The notes below the pieces were generated by a model, which worked only from the letters and a program-made list of their open reading frames with translations, was not told the DNA's origin and did not search any database. Position numbers and translations under genes: made by a program. Shown piece by piece: positions 59,454-64,000 of a DNA stretch of 64,000 nt (positions within the stretch are counted from its first letter, which is position 1; the number at the start of each line of letters is the position of its first letter). The stretch covers positions 1,308 through 65,307 of the forward strand of contig CAWGSD010000002.1 of the NCBI GenBank assembly GCA_963825195.1, given 5' to 3'. This DNA is from an uncultured Acidobacteriota bacterium (GTDB lineage Bacteria; Acidobacteriota; Terriglobia; Terriglobales; Acidobacteriaceae).

Positions 59454-60542
59454 TCAGCGCGGCGGCGCCGTGCTGAGGCGCACGATCAGATGCGGCTCCA
59501 CCGTCTCGTGCAGGCGCTCGAGGGTTCGCTCCGCCTTCTCGGGCAGCAGCAGCGTCCGCATCATCTCGGCCCCGAGAACGCCCTGCTTCTCAAGGTGCTG
59601 GCAAACCGTGGTGAGCGGCGGGTTATAGAAGGCGGCGCCCGGTATGTCGTCGAAACCAACCACCGAGCAGTCCTCGGGCACACGGCGGCCGGCACGGCTG
59701 AGAGCACCGATGGCGGCGAACGCGGTCAGGTCGTCGAAGGCCAGCAGTGCGGTGAACCGCTTCTTCTGCTCCAGCAGGCGCTCGGTCAGCTGATAGCCCT
59801 GCTCATAACTCGAGTTATGCCCCTGGATCTGCACGACCAACTCACGATCGATGCGGATTCCCCTTTCACGAGCACTCTGCCGGATTCCCTCCCAGCGCGG
59901 GGTGCTGTCACTCATCGAGCGCGGACCTTTGATGATGGCAATCTCCCGATGCCCGAAGGCATACAGATGCTCGAAGGCCGCGCGCGTTCCTGCCTGGTTA
60001 TCGACCACTACCGAAGCGTAACCGTCGCTGGTCCCTTCACTGCCAATGATCACCGCCGGAACCCTGAAGCGCTGGATCACCGTCGACAGGTCGCTGCCCA
60101 GATGGACGGGATTGGCAATCGCGATCAGGCCCTCCACGCGCCGCTCCATCAGCATCTGCATGCACTGATGGACCCGCCGCGGTGTGTTTTGCAGGTCGGC
60201 AAGGACCGGCATGTAACCCGCATCCCCGAGAGAATTCTCGATGCCCCGGATCATCAGCGAGCAATAGGGATCGGTGATGTCGAAGACCAGCACGCCGATG
60301 CTGCGGGTCCGCCGGCTCCGGAGCGAGCGGGCTTGCAGGTTCGGTGAATAGCCGAGTTTCTGAGCCGTCTCCTCGACCAGACGATGCGTGGCCGGAGGGA
60401 TGCGGCGGCCCACCCCGTTGAGCACCATGGAAACGGTAGCGACCGATAACCCTGTCGCCTCAGCAACATCGCGAATGGTGACGACTCTATCGTGCCGTCG
60501 CAGTTGAGTCCTGGAGATACGTGCCATGGCTGCTTTTGTCAC
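59454..60542 (-). CDS. LacI-family transcriptional regulator
   Basis: VTIRDVAEATGLSVATVSMVLNG HTH, followed by a periplasmic-binding-protein-like domain. Confidence 0.9.
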   Translation of the reverse strand: MTKAAMARISRTQLRRHDRVVTIRDVAEATGLSVATVSMVLNGVGRRIPPATHRLVEETAQKLGYSPNLQARSLRSRRTRSIGVLVFDITDPYCSLMIRGIENSLGDAGYMPVLADLQNTPRRVHQCMQMLMERRVEGLIAIANPVHLGSDLSTVIQRFRVPAVIIGSEGTSDGYASVVVDNQAGTRAAFEHLYAFGHREIAIIKGPRSMSDSTPRWEGIRQSARERGIRIDRELVVQIQGHNSSYEQGYQLTERLLEQKKRFTALLAFDDLTAFAAIGALSRAGRRVPEDCSVVGFDDIPGAAFYNPPLTTVCQHLEKQGVLGAEMMRTLLLPEKAERTLERLHETVEPHLIVRLSTAPPR

Positions 60543-60651
60543 AGGGCCGGCCGCAATTGATCCTGCGCTCGACTTCCAATCAGCATAACTGAGGAGGCGG
60601 CGGTTTCAGGCGGTCCGCGGTGGACTACCTGCGGGAGCCGGCGGGGAGTAT

Positions 60652-60680
60652 TTGACAGAATCGCACAATCGCAGTAGTGT
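60652..60680 (+). promoter_or_regulatory. putative sigma-70 promoter
   Basis: TTGACA (60652-57) - 17 nt - TAGTGT (60675-80). Confidence 0.45.
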
Positions 60681-60692
60681 TCCTCTTATTTA

Positions 60693-60708
60693 GGTGAACC
60701 GTTTAACC
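60693..60708. promoter_or_regulatory. candidate LacI-family operator O2, related to O1
   Basis: GGTGAACCGTTTAACC. The right half GTTTAACC is identical to O1. Lies 12 nt after the putative -10 and 43 nt before ATG 60751. Confidence 0.5.
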
Positions 60709-60750
60709 CTCGCACCTCCCCAGCTCTCCCACCCCTTCCGCGGAGGATCC

Positions 60751-61866
60751 ATGACGACCTTTCTTAAGTCTTTCACCCTTCTCTCTGCAGTTTTCACCGC
60801 CCTGCTGCCGCTCACAGGAGTGCCGGCACGCCAGGCCGATGCCGGTGTCAATGCAGCTACCGCCAGTGATGACGAGGCGCTGAAGATGCTGGCCACCATC
60901 CACCCCATCGACGCACATGTCCATATTTTCCGCACTGCTCCGGAATTTCAGAAGATGCTCGAAGACGAACAACTGACCCTCCTCAACATCCTGGTGGTCG
61001 ACGATACGTGGGGCCCAAGGAAGGAGCTTCAGCCCCAGATCGACGCTGCATGGGCCCTGGTCCACGGAAGCGGGGGCCATATCAGGCTCTGCACGACTTT
61101 CGATCCTTTCGAGTTCAACGCGCCTGGCTTCCCCGCACAGAGCATCCGTCAGGTCAATCGCGACTTCCACGACGGAGCGATCGCGGTGAAGATCTGGAAG
61201 AACGTCGGCATGGAGCTGAAGAATAGTCAGGGAAAGTACGTTTTGCCCGATGACCCGAAGCTGCAGCCGATCTTCGAGGACATCGCCAGACACGATAAGA
61301 CTCTGCTCACCCATCTCGCTGAACCGGATCTTGCCTGGCAGGCGCTCGACGTGAAGAAGGATCCGCTCGCCGAATACTACATCCGGAACCCGCAGTGGCA
61401 CATGCTGAACAAACCGGGAGTTCCTTCGAAGCAGGCCATCCTCGCGGCCCGCGACCACATTCTCGAACGCAATCCGCACCTGCGGGTGGTGGGTGTCCAC
61501 CTCGGCAGCATGGAGAAAGACCTCGATGATCTGGCCCGGCATTTCGACCGCTATCCCAACTTCGCCGTCGACACCGCCGCTCGTATGGAGTACCTCGAGT
61601 TCGGCGACCCGGACAAAGTCCGCGCCCTTCTAACGAAGTACCAGGATCGCATCATCTATGGCACCGACCTCGACATAAATCCGGATGCCAATGTTCAGCA
61701 GGCGGTTCGGGAATGGAAACAGATGTACGCCAGCGACTGGAAGTTTTTTGCGACAAGCGACACCTTTCAGGTCGATGGCCGTACCGTTCACGGCCTGAAT
61801 CTGCCAAAAGCCGTCCTGCAGAAGATCTACCGGACCAACGCACAGCACTGGATCAAAGGTCTCTAG
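60751..61866 (+). CDS. secreted metal-dependent amidohydrolase (amidohydrolase-2/TIM-barrel type)
   Basis: ATG 60751 follows GGAGG. Signal peptide. IDAHVHIF (HxH). The track ORF starts at 60694. Confidence 0.65.
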   Translation: MTTFLKSFTLLSAVFTALLPLTGVPARQADAGVNAATASDDEALKMLATIHPIDAHVHIFRTAPEFQKMLEDEQLTLLNILVVDDTWGPRKELQPQIDAAWALVHGSGGHIRLCTTFDPFEFNAPGFPAQSIRQVNRDFHDGAIAVKIWKNVGMELKNSQGKYVLPDDPKLQPIFEDIARHDKTLLTHLAEPDLAWQALDVKKDPLAEYYIRNPQWHMLNKPGVPSKQAILAARDHILERNPHLRVVGVHLGSMEKDLDDLARHFDRYPNFAVDTAARMEYLEFGDPDKVRALLTKYQDRIIYGTDLDINPDANVQQAVREWKQMYASDWKFFATSDTFQVDGRTVHGLNLPKAVLQKIYRTNAQHWIKGL

Positions 61867-61924
61867 CACGAGTTATTCGGTCATGCAATCGGACTAACAA
61901 GATATCTGAATCGAGGATACTTTC

Positions 61925-64000
61925 ATGAAAAAGCTATATATATTTTACCGGGCCAGTTTTCTGCTCGCACTTCTTCTCCAGGTCTGCTGTTATGGGCAAA
62001 GAACTGCCGCGAACATCTCCGGGGTTGTCAGTGACCCGGCAGGTGCTGTCATCGCGGGCGCGCACGCCGTCGCCACCGACTCCGAGACGGGAACCACCAC
62101 GGGGGCAGTGGCCAATGCCCAGGGCTTCTATGTCATTGCTAATCTCTCTCCCGGCACCTATCGGCTCCGGGTTGAAGCTGCTGGATTTCAGGCCGTCGAG
62201 CAGACAGGAATCGTGATCCAGGTCGGCCAGTCGATGACCGTGAACGTCGACATGAAAGTGGGTTCCCAGACCGAGCAGGTCGTCGTCACCACCCAGCCCG
62301 CACTGGTTGACACAACCAGCCAGACCGTTAGTTACGCGATCACCCCGCAACTGACCGAACAGCTGCCCCTTAACGGACGCAACGTGCTCCAGCTGCTCGC
62401 TTTGGCTCCTGACGCCAGCGCGCACAATCCTTCCGCCGACAACTATTCGAATGAGCTGGCTACCCGCCCGGAGACAGCCGACAGCGGTTTCGTAACTGCA
62501 AGCGGCGAAGCCCGGGAGAACTCGACCACCTATTACCTCGACGGCGGACTCGACGAAGACACCTATACCGATGTCGCCAATGTCTTCCCCAATCCGGATG
62601 CGGTCGAGGAGTTCACCATTGATACCAACTCCTACAATGCGAAGTTTGGCGGGCGCGGCGGCGCAGTCGTCAATGCTGTCACGCGCGGCGGCACGAATGC
62701 GATCCACGGAACGCTCTTCGAATATCTGCGCAATGGCTACGTCAACGCCAGCAACTATTTCGCGACAGCGCCCGACACGCTCAAACGCAATCAATTCGGC
62801 TTCAGCGCCGGCGGGCCCATCCTGCGAGACAAGCTTTTCTGGTTCGGATCGTATCAGCGCACGACCTTCCGCTACGGCAGCGACTCCAATATCGCTTTCG
62901 GCCCGACGGCTGCTGAGATGAACGGCGACTGGTCCGGGTCAGTAACTCCGGGTACGCAGCTCACAAATCCTCTCACCGGTCAGGCCTTCCCCGGCAATCA
63001 GATCCCTGTTGCGGATTACAACCCAATCTCCCTCAAGGTCCTCACACTGGTGCCCCAGGGCGATCCGGTAACTGGCCAGTTCAACTACCTGGTGAAGCAG
63101 CTCCAGAACGACAATCAGTATGTCGCGCGCGCTGACTACCACATCGGGGACCGCGCCACGGTGTCGGCCAGCTATCTGTGGGATCAATTCACCCAGCCTA
63201 ATCTCGCCGATCCGCATGACATTGCCACCGGCGGCGCGAATGAAACCTGGACCAGTCAGCACCCGGCACTAAACCTCGCCTATCGCTTCAGCAATAACCT
63301 GCTGACCACCGTCAGTGCGACCCTCAGCCGCGTGCTGCTGCAATACACCGGATCATCTCAGTTTCCCGGCCTGGCGCAGCTTGGGGCCAACTATCCTGTC
63401 TGGGATCCGGCCGGTGTACATGAAGTAGGGCTCGATATCAGCGGCTGGTTTTCCGCCTACTGGCTTGGAGCGCAAAATGTCACGCGCAATCAGGAAGACC
63501 TGGTGAATAACTGGACGTGGACCCATGGCGGTCACACTCTCGACTTCGGCGGCGAGATGCCCTTCTATCAAAGCGTGCTGTATCAGGCCTACGTATCTTC
63601 CGGCTATCAGGGATGGTGGTGTGCCAACTCCGGCTCCGCCTCGCTCGACTTTATGCTGGGAGCTAACTGCTTTTACGAGCAATACGCGCCTTCTTATGTC
63701 GCACCGCGTGGGAATGCGCCGGGCCTTTACGGCAACGACTCCTGGCGCATGAATCATCGCCTCACTTTGAACCTCGGCGTTCGCTGGGAGCCGTGGCTTC
63801 CATGGCCCGACGCCAGTGCCGGCAAAATTGGCGGCCAGATCAATCTCGCCGACTTCGCAGCCGGCGTACATTCCAACCGCTATCCCAACCTGCCTCCCGG
63901 CTTCCTGGTTCGCGGCGATCCGGGTGTGCCCTCCGGCCTGGCCCAGTCCGACTGGAAGCTGATCGATCCGCGCGTCGGCCTGGCCTGGGATGTCCAGGGC
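61925..64000 (+). CDS. TonB-dependent receptor (CarboxypepD_reg + plug + barrel), 3' end outside window
   Basis: Not in the ORF track because no stop falls inside the window. I translated it by hand with no stop seen: MKKLYIFYRASFLLALLLQVCCYGQRTAANISGVVSDPAGAVIAGAHAVATDSETG ... LPLNGRNVLQLLALAPDA ... FPNPDAVEEFTIDTNSYNAKFGGRGGAVVNAVTRGGTNAIHGTLFEY. Confidence 0.85.
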   Translation, partial: MKKLYIFYRASFLLALLLQVCCYGQRTAANISGVVSDPAGAVIAGAHAVATDSETGTTTGAVANAQGFYVIANLSPGTYRLRVEAAGFQAVEQTGIVIQVGQSMTVNVDMKVGSQTEQVVVTTQPALVDTTSQTVSYAITPQLTEQLPLNGRNVLQLLALAPDASAHNPSADNYSNELATRPETADSGFVTASGEARENSTTYYLDGGLDEDTYTDVANVFPNPDAVEEFTIDTNSYNAKFGGRGGAVVNAVTRGGTNAIHGTLFEYLRNGYVNASNYFATAPDTLKRNQFGFSAGGPILRDKLFWFGSYQRTTFRYGSDSNIAFGPTAAEMNGDWSGSVTPGTQLTNPLTGQAFPGNQIPVADYNPISLKVLTLVPQGDPVTGQFNYLVKQLQNDNQYVARADYHIGDRATVSASYLWDQFTQPNLADPHDIATGGANETWTSQHPALNLAYRFSNNLLTTVSATLSRVLLQYTGSSQFPGLAQLGANYPVWDPAGVHEVGLDISGWFSAYWLGAQNVTRNQEDLVNNWTWTHGGHTLDFGGEMPFYQSVLYQAYVSSGYQGWWCANSGSASLDFMLGANCFYEQYAPSYVAPRGNAPGLYGNDSWRMNHRLTLNLGVRWEPWLPWPDASAGKIGGQINLADFAAGVHSNRYPNLPPGFLVRGDPGVPSGLAQSDWKLIDPRVGLAWDVQG

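Overview
High-GC (about 60%) bacterial chromosomal segment. The gene content points to an Acidobacteriota (Terriglobia-like) genome: a TIGR03435-family remnant, TonB-dependent receptors with an N-terminal CarboxypepD_reg domain, and many secreted or Tat-signal proteins. That assignment is inference only. I support about 60 protein-coding genes. I found no rRNA, tRNA, CRISPR array, transposase or integrase by eye.

Left to right:
- a translationally coupled cupredoxin / HD-GYP / beta-barrel trio
- the tesA / ybbA-ybbP arrangement known from E. coli
- a tightly coupled GT2 - PTPS - PTPS - folE - truB operon
- ribBA, plus HAD hydrolase, aminotransferase and a B12-binding radical SAM gene
- a 0.5-kb hairpin-rich intergenic region with an orphan intrinsic terminator
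- a toxin-antitoxin/HNH islet (long antitoxin-like protein + VapC + HNH, then two hicBA pairs) directly downstream of the groESL terminator
- groESL with a CIRCE element, but groEL is frameshifted
- a D-glucarate/galactarate cluster (garD, gudD, Tat-signal UxuA-like gene, MFS transporter, garL, garR); the first four genes are riddled with 1-nt frame breaks
- a frameshifted class-II-like uvrA paralogue
- a phosphoesterase - small protein - Omp85-like barrel trio
- a LacI-controlled, PUL-like amino-sugar-type locus: GH-D hydrolase, two TonB receptors, APC permease, PfkB kinase, NagB-like deaminase and an amidohydrolase, with two related 16-bp operators

A dispersed low-complexity repeat family (AGCGGTTAGC / GCTGGTAGC) sits directly after three stop codons. 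About 25 single-base frame breaks cluster in a few genes. Several can be placed in short mononucleotide runs, so assembly error must be excluded before calling these pseudogenes.
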